Made by a program: the position numbers and the translations under genes
The notes under the pieces: model-generated
What the model saw: only the letters and a program-made list of their open reading frames with translations
What the model was told of the DNA's origin: nothing
Database searches by the model: none
In this document: in pieces, positions 49,735-62,330 of the stretch
Layout of the letters: every line of letters begins with the position of its first letter
How positions within the stretch are numbered: position 1 is the first letter of the stretch
NCBI GenBank assembly: GCA_013239625.1
Contig: MU055549.1
Location: 992,001-1,056,000 of the forward strand
Direction: 5' to 3'
From: Lama guanicoe
Lineage: Eukaryota
DNA length: 64,000 nt

Positions 49735-51669
49735 AACTGCCTCAGAAACAAGGTTTCTCCCCCAACCCTTCCTCCCCGTGTGGCTTCACCCTTGACAAGC
49801 CCCCTGGGCAGATCTGAGGTTCACTTTCAATTTAAAAGTGTACCGGATATCATGAGAGGACAGTCACTGTGGAGGGTGGCTTGGTGGCTCCTGTGTGTCA
49901 GAACTGGGGTGTGGGGGTGGAGACGCAGCCAGCCCCAGGCCTGGAGGGGAGCTCAGGCTGGTGACAGCCACCTCCCTGCCTGCTCCAGAGTGACGTTCTC
50001 CCAAGAAAAGGTAAAAGTGTCAAATGTAAAGAGCTCTGAATCCAGTGTGCGCCCAAGGGAAAAGGGGTGGACCAATGAGTTTCAATCTGCATCTGTTTGG
50101 GGAGGGCGACAATGGTGGGTGACAGGATGGGGCGGTGCCACGCCACCAGCCCGCAGACGTCACACGTGGACACGGCCAGCCCCTCCTGGTTCACCACACA
50201 CGGGCTCTGCACTCTGGGAGCTGGGTGGGCGTCCCGATGCGCTCGCGTGAGCCTGCACTGGAGACGTCGGCCCCAAGTCTCCCAGCCTGTAATTCGTGTC
50301 ACTGTGAGGCGGGTAGGACAGGACGTGGGCGACAGCCTGCACACACAGGGCACCCGCTGCACTTGTGCTCCCCTCTTGTTGTTCATGGAGGCCGAATAGT
50401 TTAGGTTAAGCGTGACTCCACTAGACACGCCTCGTTCAGGGTAAAAGAATGTCTCTAAAGAGGAGATTTTTAAAAAGCAGGCCTAGGAAGTGCCCAATAG
50501 ACTGAGTCCCAGCTGCCTAATAACAAGACACTTTGGAACCTTGTTTTTCTGCCCTTTGGAGGTGCTTTCCTGGTGCACACCCTGATTGCTATGGATGAGG
50601 AACCTCAAGCTCAGAGAGGCTAAGGACTTGCTGGGGCCACACAGCGAGAGAGCGGGGCTGGGGGCCCGATCATCAGTCGCTGGAGGACTGAGGTTCCAGT
50701 GCCAGCTATTTTTCAAATGTGAAGAAAAAGAAAAGGATTCGAAACCTCACCAGTCACAGAGGATAAGAATGCAAAAATTCACTGCAAAAGAAATAAGAGT
50801 TCTACCCCAGGGCAAGCAGACTGCAGCTCCTGGCCCTGCCTTAGTCCTTGACCAGCGGCTGGGCCCTCAGACGCCCTGCTCAGCTCACAGCGGCCAGCGC
50901 GTCCTTTCAGGGGCCTGTCTTGGGCAGCGCCGTCCGCCCCAATGTGGGTGGGGCACGAGCTCTGAGAGCCGGTGGCCAGGGAGAGCCTGCAGACTGAGGC
51001 GTCGTGCACACGGCTGAGTGGCCGCCACCCACCTGCTCCCTGGGGGCCGGGGACCCGCAACAGGTGAGGCCTCCTCCCCAGGCCCGCTCCTCCAGGCAGC
51101 CAGCGCGCCCAGCCCATCCCACCCCAGTGCCTCGCCTTGGTCCGCAGGCCCCCAGCCACCAGGAGCTCTGGGTCCACGTCCTCTGTGATGCAGCAGACAG
51201 ACAGGAGCAGAGGCCTGAGTGCTCTTGCAGCTTTGTGTTCACGTGGGAAGCACATGAGTGGCCTGTGGTCCCAGAAGAATGAGAGCCCATGGGACCCACC
51301 CCAATGAATCCACGTCCCAGAGATGAGCCAACCACGGCCGCCCTGCAGACCTCGAGTCACAGCCGATGCTGGACACTGTGGCTGCCAAGTTTGGGGTGGT
51401 CACTATGCAGAGTTCTTATGGGAAGAGCTGGCTGTAAGGCTGCTTTGTCTCCTACAGACTTTCTGGGACATTGGCCAAGGTGACCCAAGGCCGCTCCCTC
51501 CGGGGTCCCCAGCGAGCAGGCATCTCCTCCCTCCAGTGGAGCCTCTTCACCCCGTCTTGTCTGCAGTCTCCTCTTCTGAGGTCCAGCAGGTAAATGCAGA
51601 GCTTGTGGATTATACGCTGAAGAGCGTGGGGCTACGACAAACTTAGACAAAAGACCACAGCCCGTTGTA

Positions 51670-54200
51670 AAGCCACAAGGCAGGGCTTCTAGTGAATTGA
51701 CCGAGTTGTGCAGCCCTCACCGTGCTCCAGCTGCAGCACATCCCCCTCGCCCGCCAGATCCCCACAGATCTGAGTGTTGACCTTCCTCCTTCTCACCTCC
51801 AGCCCCAGGTAAGCATTGATTTGCTTTCTGTCCCTGTGGCATCTTCAGGATATTTCACATCAATGGAATCAGGCTTTTTTCATCCTATGATAATTCTGAG
51901 GTCCATCTGTGCAGTAGCAGTTATCAGTATTTCACTCTCTGTTGCTGAGTAGTTTTCCACAGCATGGAGGTCCTGTTGGTTTATTCATTCACCCCTGATG
52001 GACAGTTGGACTATTTACACTTGGGGGATATTAAGAAGAGCATTGTTACGACTTTTCGTGCACGAGTATTTGAGTTGCCACATCTTTTCTTTTTTTGGAC
52101 AGACTTCTAGGAGTGGAATTGCTGGCTCATCTGGTAAGTTTATGCTTGAATTTTTAAAGAATTACCTGTTTTCCTAAGTGGCTGTACCATTTTACATTCT
52201 GATCAGCAAAACACAAGGATCCCAGTTCTGCCAATTCCTGGAAAACCCGTGGGAGGAGCTCTCCGGCCCTCGTTTGCTGAGAAGCAGGGCGTCCATTTCC
52301 TTCTTTGAAGGTGTTCCCCTTACCCCACGCCAGGAAGAGGCGACCACTCTGACCATGGAGATGGTCAAGCTGAGTCGTGTAACAGACTTTACCAAACAAC
52401 CGTTACCTTCCATTAGTTCTCTCCATGTATTTATCTTCCCACAATTCACCTCACTAGAAACCCACACTGTTTTTCCTTTGTCTTGTCACTTCCCCATAAT
52501 TTATTTCCCTTTTTTGAAATGGTATATAAACTCTTGGATATGATCACTTTCTGAGTTTTCACTTCTTTTCTGTGACCCCCGCCACCTGCTGTGTATACAA
52601 AATAAGCATTTTCTCCTGTCATTCTGTCTTTTGTCGGTTTAATTCACATGCCCCAGGAACTGAGTACAAGAGGATAGAGGAAAAGCTTTTTTTCCTTTGC
52701 TACAGTATTGTCTGTCTTTTTTATTGTGGCCTTTCAAGTAAGTATATAGTAGTAACTCACTGTGGTTTGAATTTTCATCTGCCTAATGATTCATGGTGGG
52801 AAGCACAGTTTTATGTGTGTATGTGCCATTGGTATGAAATAGTCGGATGTCTATTCAAGGCTTTTGTCTACCTTTTAATTGGGTGGCTTGTTTTCTTATG
52901 ATCGAGTTGTAAAAGTCCTTTATATATTCTGTGTACAGGCCTCCAGAAATATGATTTGCAGTATTTCCTCCCAGTCTGTGTCTTGTTTTTTTGTTTTCTT
53001 AATGGTGTCTTTTGAAGCACAAAAGTTTTTGAGGTTAGTGGAGACCAGTTTAGGGTTTTTCCAGGCTCGTGTGTTCGGTGTCACAGCCAATAGCTCTTTG
53101 CCTAAAATAAAGCCGTGCAGGTAGTCCCCTCGGTGTTCTCCCAGTGCTTAGTGTTGGCTTCTACACTTAGGCCTCTGACCCATTATGAGCTAACGTTTAT
53201 GTGCAGTCCAGGCTTACTGTTCTCATGTGGACGTCTCAGCGCCTGCTGTTTGCTTTGGGGGAATGTTCTTAATTATAAATTCCATTTTGTTTACATACAT
53301 GGGCCCCTCACGTTTCCTGTTCTGTCAGTTTTGATAAATTGTATTCTTCAAAGAACTTCTCCATTTCATCTGAGTTGTGAGTTTATGGCACAAAATTTTC
53401 ACAATACTCCTTTTTATTACTCTTCTAGTGTCTCTAGGCTCTGTGGTGATACCCCTTTTTCATTTCTGAAATGGCAATTTTCTTGCTCCTTTTTCTTATT
53501 CTGTAATGCCAGAAGTCTGTCGATTTTATTGATTTTTTCCAAGGGAACAATAATTTGCTTTGTTGATTTTTCCCCAGCATTAATTGCTTTCATGGATTTC
53601 TGCTCTGATGTCTTTTCCTTCCTTCTTTCTTGAATTTAAATTACTCTCCTTTTTTTCAGCTCCTTAAGATAGAGCTTAGATCACTGATCTTAAACTTCTC
53701 TTATTTTTCTCATATAAGCATTTAAAATTAGCTGCATCCCACCAATTTTATTATGTTGGTTTTCATAATATTCAGTTTTAAATATTTCATAATTTCCCTT
53801 AGGATTTATTACTTGGTCCATGGATCATATAGAAGTTAGCTGCTAAATTTCCAAATGTTTGTAGACTTTTAGCGTATCTTTATTGCTGATGCCTTATTTA
53901 ATTTCTCTGTGTTCAGACAACATATTCTGTATGATTTCAAACCCTTGAAATTTACTGAAACTTGGGGTTTTTTTCTCCCAGGATATAACTTATCTCTGTG
54001 AATATTCCTTGCACACTTGAAAATAATGTGTGATATGCAGTCGTTAGTTACAACGTCCTATAGATGTCAGCCCAGTCAAGTTGTGTAGTAGTGTTCCCCA
54101 GACTTCTGTGTCAGTAATTCTGCATGTGTGTGCTTGTTCTGTGGACTACTGTGAGAGAAGAATGGAAATGTCCTGTGATGGGGGATAGTCTGCTCTTTCC
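51670..54200 (-). mobile_element. Old L1 remnants (3' end and ORF2), interrupted by an LTR
   Basis: T-rich plus strand with ctaggagtggaattgctgg, gtggctgtaccattttacattc, ctcactgtggtttgaattttcat and tttgaagcacaaaagttttt. Confidence 0.8.
52249..52704 (+). mobile_element. ERV1-class solo LTR (MER34/MER39-like); 5' boundary uncertain
   Basis: TATA-like ggtatataaac and 3' end aagaggatagaggaaaagctttttttcctttgctaca. Confidence 0.6.
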
Positions 54201-54209
54201 TTGGGCTGT

Positions 54210-55532
54210 TGTATTAGTCAGGGTTCTCCAGAGAAACAGAATCAATAGGACATAGATGGATAGACAAACAGATATATAGATGTAGACATAGATGCAGATG
54301 CAGATGTAGATGAGATAGATGTGGACGTAGACATAGATGTGGATGTAGGTGTAGATACAGGTGTAGATGTAGACATAGATGCAGATGCAGATGTAGACAT
54401 AGATGTGGATGTAGGTGTAAATGATGTAGATGTAGATGCAGATGTAGACGTAGATGTAGATGTTGATATAGATGTAGATGACATAGATGTAGATGTAAAT
54501 AATGTAGATGTAGATATAGACATAGATGTAGATGCAGATCTAGATACAGATGTAGACATAGATGTAGACATGGACGTAGACATGGACATGGATGTAAATG
54601 ACATAGATATAGACGTAGACTTAGATGTAGATACAGATGCAGATGTAGACGTAGACGTAGATGTGGATGTAGATACAGATGTAGACGTAGATGTAGATGA
54701 CATAGATGTAGATACAGATGTAGATGTAGATGCAGATCTAGATACAGATGTAGACATAGATGTAGACATAGACGTAGACGTGGATGTGGATGTAAATGAT
54801 GTGGATGTAGAACAGACGTAGATGTAGATGTGGATACAGATGCAGACGTAGACATAGATGTGGATGTTGATGTGGGTGTAGATGTAGATATGGATGTACA
54901 TGATGTAGATGTAGATGTAGACATAGGTGTTGATATAGATGTAGATGACGTACATGGAGATGTAGGCATAGATTCATACGTAGATGTAGCCGTGGACTTA
55001 GGTGTGGATGCAGCTGTAGGTGTAGATGCAGATGTAGACATAGATGTAGATGCAGATGCAGGCGTAGATGTAGACGTATGAGAGGATACACGGTTCTGGC
55101 AGCTGAGAAGTCCCAGGAGCTGCTGTCTGCACGTGGGGAACTGGGGTGGGGGCTGGCGGTGTAACTCGCAGCCCGAGGCCTAAGGCCTGGGAACCGGGGA
55201 GAGGGGTGTGCGGGTGGGGAGGGCGCTGGGGCGAGTGCAGGGTCTGAAGGACCAGGAACCAGGAGCTCTGATGTCCGTGAGCAGGGAAAGATGGACGTCC
55301 CAGCCCGAGAAGGAGAGAGTTCTCTCTTCCTCTGCTGATTCGTTCTCTTCAGGCCCTGCGCGGGTTGGCTGGGACCCACCCTGTCGGGGAGGGCCGCCTC
55401 CTTTCCTGAGTCTACTGACTCGTGCACTAATCTCCGCCAGGAACACCTCACGGGCACACCCAGAAACCAGGCTTGACTGGCGAGCTGGGCATCCCTTAGC
55501 CCAGTCAAGCGGACGTGAAGTTAACCACCACA
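54210..55532 (-). mobile_element. MLT2 (ERVL) LTR with an internal microsatellite expansion and an adjacent stub of internal sequence
   Basis: Starts tgtattagtcagggttctccagagaaacagaa and ends cccagtcaagcggacgtgaagttaaccaccaca, followed by agtccacctcttgtca (PPT side of ERVL-int). Confidence 0.85.
54252..55078. repeat. About 830-bp imperfect (GATGTA)n hexamer array
   Basis: Directly visible variants gatgta, gacata, gatgca, gacgta. Confidence 0.97.
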
Positions 55533-56241
55533 AGTCCACCTCTTGTCAGCTTCTCACCTGGATGCATCTTAGTCCGCACGTCATCTCCAAATAAGGACAA
55601 GAACAGTCTGGGCGTTTCTACCTTTTCATTGAAGTTATTAGTCCAGGGGCGCTGACTAGCTGTTGACGTGGCTGTGTTAAGTCTGCCACTCTTGCCCTGC
55701 TGTTTATTTGTCCCATCTGTTTTTTATTTTTTAAGGTCTCCTGTTATTCTTTTGGATAAAATGAGTGTTTCTCTTACTCTGTTTACCTTTTCCGTTGGGT
55801 TTTTAGCTCATCACTTTTTAAAGTGATTGCTCTGGATTATAATATGCATGCTTGACTTAGCAGCCGTCCTCGGCCTGACATGACACCGTTTCCAACACAG
55901 CAGAAGGAGCTTTGTAACTTCTTGGCCTTTGTTTGCGCTACTGTTGTATATTCACTTCTGTACGTATTACAGACTTGGTCTACGGTGTGATGACTTTTAC
56001 TTTGAGCGGTCAATTATCTGTTAAAGATTTAAAATTTATGGAAAGTAAAAGCATTTTCTAGTTACCTGCTTGACATTTTTGGGTACTCTTCGTTCCTCTA
56101 TGTAGATGCAAGTTTCCAATAGTGTGATTTTTATTTATCTCAAAGAACTTCTTTTTCCATTTCTTATGGTGCTGGTCTGCTGGTGACAAATTCTCTCAGT
56201 ATTTTTGTTTACCTAAAAATGTGCTTCTTTACCTTTATCTT

Positions 56242-56365
56242 TGTTTGTCTGTTTTTTGGGGGAGAGGTAATTAGGGTTACTTACTCACTTGTTTGTTTTA
56301 ATGGAGGTCCTGGGATTGAACCCAGGGCCTCGTGCGTGCCAGGCCTACTGAGCTATACCCTCCCC
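56242..56365 (-). mobile_element. Camelid Vic-1-type tRNA-derived SINE
   Basis: Reverse complement ggggagggtatagctcagt...gcacgaggccctgggttcaatcccaggacctccattaaaa. Flanks tacctttatctt / tgcctttatttt resemble a target-site duplication. Confidence 0.8.
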
Positions 56366-56419
56366 ATGCCTTTATTTTTGAAGAATATTCTCCCTTGGTA
56401 CAGAATTCTATGTTAAAAA

Positions 56420-56525
56420 TACTTATCTGACTCAGCAGGTCTGGGGTAGGCCCAAGATTCTGCATCTCTAACCGTTCCAAGGGGCCGCTGCAGCGGCCTG
56501 TGTGCTGCGTGTCGAGAAGCAAAGC
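56420..56525. mobile_element. MER5A-like hAT DNA-transposon fragment
   Basis: tctgactcagcaggtctggggtaggcccaagattctgcatctctaac. Confidence 0.7.
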
Positions 56526-57129
56526 TGCAGTATGCCAGGGAAATTCTGGCGTTTCAATCTCTTAAGTGCCACCTACCACTGAGTCAGCCCTCCCTTACCA
56601 ACCTGGGTGGTGATTAATGCCACCTCCAGGCGCTCGGATCAACCTATGAAATCCTGGTGCATGCACCCGGGTTGGTAGATTTGGTCCTGTCAAGCCTTAT
56701 TTCCTCTTCCCTGGAGCAACAAGTCTCAACTCCACTTCCTTGCTTGCTCTTGGATACAGACAAGTGAGGTTTTGTAGCTCCTTTTGCATAAAGGCCGTCT
56801 CCTACCAGAGCAGTCTCTGCACTTGTGCATCCTGGCTCTGTTGTCATCTCAATATCTGATGAGCCTGCAGGCACGGGGGTGTTAAGGGTGGGTCTTGAAA
56901 AGAACTGGCATCAGCTTGGGAGGCACCTGCTCCAGGTACAGTCACTCAGAGGCTTCTCTGTGCACAGGAAAGCTTATTCCTCCAAGGGGAGAAGGGCTGC
57001 TTCTGCCAGCAAAGGAGGCTCAGGGAGACTCGGCATTAAGGTTCTCTACCTCATCGTGTCTGCCCAGAGGTCTCCATCTGACTCTCAAGGTGCCCCTTCT
57101 GCCCCACACATGTTTGACTCTAACACAGG

Positions 57130-57310
57130 GGTAATGGTTAGTTTTATGTGTCAACTTAGCCAGGAGTTATTTAATCAAATACTAATCTAGGTGTTGCTTT
57201 GCATGTGTTTTGTAGATGTGTTAATATCTGCAATCAGTTGAGTTTACATGAAGGAGATTACCCTCTGCAATCTGGGTTGGTCTCACCTAATCAATTGAAA
57301 TGCCTTGAAG
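57130..57310 (+). mobile_element. MLT2-like LTR 5' fragment
   Basis: gtaatggttagttttatgtgtcaacttagc...aatactaatctaggtgttgct...tgtagatgtgttaa. Confidence 0.7.
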
Positions 57311-59053
57311 AGACGATTGGTAAAAAGTTGGACCATAAAGGTTTTTCTGGTGAACGCTCAGAGGGAAATAAAAAGCAGGGCAGAAAAAGCTGTCGTCTTA
57401 GAGAACATACATGCCATCATGAACACAGTGTTCCTAGAAATGTGAGCGTTAGAGGTGCTTCTGGTCAGATCTCAGATGAAATGAGGAAGGAGCTGTTGGA
57501 CACTGGAGGAAAAGTGAATCGTGCTATAAAGTGGCAGAAAACTTGACTAAATTGTGCTCCAATGTCTAGTGGAGTGCAAAATTTGTCAGCGATGAGCTTG
57601 GATATCTGGCTGAGGAGACTTACAAGCTAAGTGTTAAAGGTGTGGGCTGGTTTCTTCTTGCTGCTTACAGTAAAATGTCAGAGGAAAGAGATAAATTAAG
57701 AAGGATCTGTGAAGTGGAGATGAAGTAGCATTTAAAGATTTGGGAGATTCTTGGCCTATCCAGATTGCAAAGGATATTAAAATTAGGAGATTTGCTGTGG
57801 GAAGAGCACGTTCCAAGTAGCGGGTCAAGGGTGTGGCTGGACCACCTTTTGCTGAAGAGACTAGATGTGTGACTCACCAGTGCTCTCAGCTGTCTGAGCA
57901 GAAGCCAGGAACGGAGCCCGGGTTACCCAGGAAAGACCTGCAGAGGCCCTCTTGTTCAGTGACCCCTGTGACATACGCAGGGACTCACAAGGCTTTTGAG
58001 GATGTTGTATCAGCAGAAACAGTGCTCGCTTGGACGGAGAGGAACAGATCCAGGTCTAAGTGAAGGAGGGCTGTTAGACGTCCACAATTCTGGAAGCAGG
58101 AAGTGAGCTGATGGAGCAACTCAGCTGGAACTCCGCGCTCCCCTTCAAGGAAGAAGGAAGTCTGACCCTGAGGGTAGAGCAGAGGCTGGAGGGACCCCTG
58201 TGGGCCCAGAAGGCAGAGCATCAAACCACAGAGAATCCTTCTCAGCCTGGAAACTGCACGGAGTTTTCCTGGCTGGATTTGAACTTACTGGGAACTGGTA
58301 ACTCCTGTGTTCCTTCCAGCGGCTCCCTTTGGGAATGGAAATGACTGTGCTACGTTTGTCCCACCATTGTGCTCTGGAGGCTGGTAACTTGTGTTCTAGT
58401 TCCACAGGTCCACAGATGGAGAGGAGTTTTGCCTCAGGGTGGGTCATGCTGAGTCTCACCCATACCTGATTTAGGTGAGAAGACTTGGAACGTTTGAGCT
58501 GATAATATTTAGATGAGATTTTGGGCTTAGAGTTGATGCTCCAATTGTGAGGCTTTTGTGGGATGCTGGGATGGGGTGAATGTATTCTGTGCATGAGCTG
58601 GGGTTAGATTTTGGGGGACCAAAGGGTGGATTGTAGTGGGCTTAGTGGTGGCCCCCCGAAAGATACGTCCACCCAGAATCTGTGAACGTGACCTCATTTG
58701 GAAAGAGGGTCTTTGCAGATGGAAGTAAGTTAAGGCTCTTAGGAAGATGTCATCCTCATTAAGGTGAGCCCTAAATCCTCTGACAAATGTCCTTGCAAGG
58801 GAAGAACAGGGGAAACCACACACAGAGAGGAAAAGGCAACGTGATGACAGAGGCAGAGCTTGGAGCCAGCAATGCCAAGGGCTCCCAGGAGCCGCCAGGG
58901 GCCGCCGGGAGCTGGGGGAGAGGTCTCAGGACCTCCAGAAGGAACTGCCCCCGCTGACACCGTGACTGCAGACTTCTGGCCTCCAGAATAGGGTCTGCTG
59001 TTTTCGCGCACACATCCTGGCTCTCGGGCACAGCAGCCCCGGGCACTGACGCA
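57310..59053 (+). mobile_element. MaLR/ERVL-type internal remnant followed by an MLT1C-like LTR (58632-59053)
   Basis: PPT-like gggggaccaaagggtggat precedes tgtagtgggct...gtgacctcatttggaaagagggtctttgcagatg...gacttctggcctccagaa. Confidence 0.7.
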
Positions 59054-62050
59054 CGAGGAGTCTGACGGAGCTCAGCGGGGTGTTTGGGCTTCAGCCCCGG
59101 AGCTGTCACAGCAGAGGTCAAGCAGCCATGGGCTCCCGTTCCCCACTGCGCGTTTCCCCCTGCCTGTCTGTGCTCTCTGGACTCATCAGAGGGAGCCAGG
59201 CGGCCCCATGACATGGAGAATCAGTCCTGTCACCTGGCAACCCAGCAGTTGCTTTCCTGTGTCCCTCCTTCCACACGTACTTTGTCCCACATCCCACCAG
59301 GGCTACGTCTGATGGCACCACAGCCGGGGATGCCCTGGTTTCCCATTTCCTGCCAGGAAAGGGGCTCAGGGATTCCCCATACAGGTGAGCCACCCAGGAC
59401 TGGAATCCCACTTGAGCTTGCTTCCTGGGGCCGGTTCTGCTGTTTCCCAGCAGGAAGCAGCACATTAAAATTGGAAATCTGAGTGGAGTTTCATAAAAGG
59501 ACTATTTACAAAGGTGCATGCAGCGTGGGAAGCCCACAGTGTTAATTTCAGAATGACGGTTTCACACAAGGTACACAGAGAGCTGGAGACTCTGCTGTGT
59601 GCTGTTACCTGGCAATCACACCCTCTCCGGAAGCACAGCTTTGGGGACGAATTAGAGGCCGGTGCATATTTGTGCTTGGGTTTCAGGGGCTGAGCCTCGA
59701 CCAGAAGTCAGACCCCGGCTGTTCTGCACAGCCCTCAGTGGGCACTCGCTGTCCCCCAGACACGAGCCATATTCTGTCCTCGCACATTAGCTCATTTCGG
59801 TCAGGGACAGTGTCCTAGCAGCTCCTGGGCCCCAGGCCTTCACAAGGTCCCCTGCTCGGACCCCTGCTGACCACCCCAGCTGCGGTGGTCCTGTGATCAC
59901 ACACTGCCACCATCCTGTGTAGGTGCTCCTGCGCGCGGGGTGTTGTGGACAAGTTTATCTCCCGTCACTGGAACAGGACGGAGAGGTCCCTGTCCTCACC
60001 CCGCTATGTTCCTGGTCAAGGTGGGCACCCCGGGCCCAGGGATGCTCTGTTGGCTTCATTCCCCCTCTCTGTTCACAGGCTAAGGCCCTTCCAGGCCTCT
60101 AGAACGTCACAGCGGCCCCCAGTGGGGTGTGGCAGCCTGGTCAGCCCCCGGGTGAGGGGGCTGCCGACCTGCTGTGACTCCTGTCCACACTCCGCGCCCC
60201 TGCTCCAGCCTGCCTGGGCCTGTGCCCCACTCAGAGCTCCCCCGCTCAGAAACATTCCTGCCCTCACTGCTGCACCGGACCGAAGTCTACAGAGCATCTT
60301 CTCTGTGCAAGCGCTGAGCTGCGTGCCGGCAATATGCCGCCTGGGAAAGTGCGAGGGAGCCACATGTAGAGAGCTGTGGCAGCTCTATCGAAGGAGGCTG
60401 AGGCCAGTCTGGGAGCCTGGAGCCCAGGGCACTTGCCTCGTGGAGCTTAAGTCAAGACTGGATGCAGGTGTCAGCCAGGCAGGGAGACCTGCGCTGGACG
60501 GCCAGGTCGTGCTGTGGGGAATGTGACCCCCAAATCTCAATGACTTAGCACAGTGCCTGACCTCTCCCTGGTTTTGTGAGTCCGCAGCTGATCACAGGTG
60601 GGCCCCAAGTGATCAGGACTCTTAGCCAGAGGCATGGATGGCTGGTTGGGACCCCGGCCCCTAAAGTGTGGCCCAGAAACGACACAAATCACCTCTGCTC
60701 ACATTTCCTTGGTGAGGTGGGCCACACTGAGTTTCAGAGGTGGGGCCGAGGACAAGTGTAGTCCTACTATGGCAGGAGACTGAAGTGGGAAGAGCCAAGA
60801 CAGAGCACCACAGCTGGGCTGGAAGCTGAGTCAGTGAGGGATGGTGAGGGAAGTACAGGGCCCAGGGGTCTGAAGGATAGCGGCGGGGAGAGACCCGCAG
60901 GGTCTGAGACTCAGCCTGTAAGCCAGATGGGTGGTACGTCCTCACTGGGGCAGCAGGAGGCCCTTCCAGGGCTTCCTAGGGCAGGAAGGAACCGCCATCT
61001 CTACGGCCTGGCTACCAAGGAGGCAAAGGCCTCCGAAGAGTCAGAGTAAAGCAACCCATAACAAAAACGACGCTTCAGTCCTAGGCGCGGGGAGCAGGTG
61101 ACAGGAGAGTCGTCTGCCGGGGCGTGGGCTGTGCAGAGGGCCTTACTGGCGAGGTCTCTCCTGGCCAAACGGACCGGGTAGTGGGGGGGACGCATCGAGG
61201 TCAAACCGCGCCTCGCTGCCTCCCCTCCCCCGCAGACGCAGTACACCATCCCCGGGCGGGCTTGAGTCACGGACCTGCGCCAGGGGCTTCCGCCCGGGAC
61301 CGGTGCCTGGCCGGCAGCTCTGAGAGCTGGACACGGGACCCAACGAAGGGGACTCCGAGAGCGCCGGACGTGTGCTCCGCGTCGCCGCGACCCCATGCGC
61401 GCCCGTGCGCGTGCGCGCGCGCTTGCTTGCAGCCAGGGTCTGAGCCGGCCGCGCGGGAGGGGCTCTCGCACCCGGCTCACCCCCTCCCCGCCTCCTCTCT
61501 CCCTGTCCCCGGCGCGGCAGCTGGGAGGGACTGGCGCCGGACCCTGGGCCGCGGGCTGCGCGTCCTGACGCCGACCGGCCTAGGCCCTCGCGCGGCCGTT
61601 TCCCGCCACCGCATCCCGGGCCCTGCGCGCGGCCTCGGGAAGCGCAGAGCCGCAGGATGAAGTTTAAGGTCCCCCAGGCCGGGCGGCAGGGCTCCTTGGG
61701 TCAGCTTAGTTCACAGTGGCCAAAGGACCCCGCTTCTTCGCTCATGTCTCTGCCGCCGCGTCGGTGTGCGCTGCATGGGAGGTGGCCGGCGGGTACCGGG
61801 TACCGCTCGCCGCACCCCGCTCCGGCCCGCCCCGTCTCCGCCCCCAGCGCTCGCTCCGCCCCGGCTCCTTCCCGCCGGCCCCGCCCCCGCGCGCTCGCAG
61901 TCGGCGGAGCCGGCCGGGCGGCCAGGACCCGCGAGCGCAGAGCCAGGGGCGCAAGGCGGGCGCTGCCGGTCTCTCCCGGAGTTCCCGCTCCCCGCTCGGC
62001 GGGCAGGCCATGCCCGGGACACCAGCCGCGGCACACACCCCGACCTGGCC

Positions 62051-62198
62051 ATGAGGAGCGGCGCCGAGCGCAGGGGCAGTAGCGCCGCGGCGCCCCCCGC
62101 CCCGCCGCCCCCCGGCCGCGCGCGCCCTGCCGGCCCCGACGCGCCCCTGGCCCCGCCGCCGCCCGCCGCCGGCCAGCCCCGGGCCCGGGACTCAGGCG
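62051..62198 (+). CDS. STK32C: Serine/threonine kinase 32C, first coding exon (partial; 3' end lies in the assembly gap)
   Basis: gccATG then MRSGAERRGSSAAAPPAPPPPGRARPAGPDAPLAPPPPAAGQPRARDSG, matching the recalled STK32C N-terminus. Divergent from LRRC27 as in human. Confidence 0.93.
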
Positions 62199-62330
62199 NN
62201 NNNNNNNNNNNNNNNNNNNNNNNNNNNNNNNNNNNNNNNNNNNNNNNNNNNNNNNNNNNNNNNNNNNNNNNNNNNNNNNNNNNNNNNNNNNNNNNNNNNN
62301 NNNNNNNNNNNNNNNNNNNNNNNNNNNNNN
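62199..62330. other. Assembly gap (132 N) hiding the rest of STK32C exon 1 and its donor
   Basis: Run of N. Confidence 0.99.

Noticed and set aside
54214-55081. Poly-ST, poly-HL and poly-DV ORFs as protein-coding genes
   Set aside because: They arise from a hexamer microsatellite inside an LTR, with no splice or promoter context.
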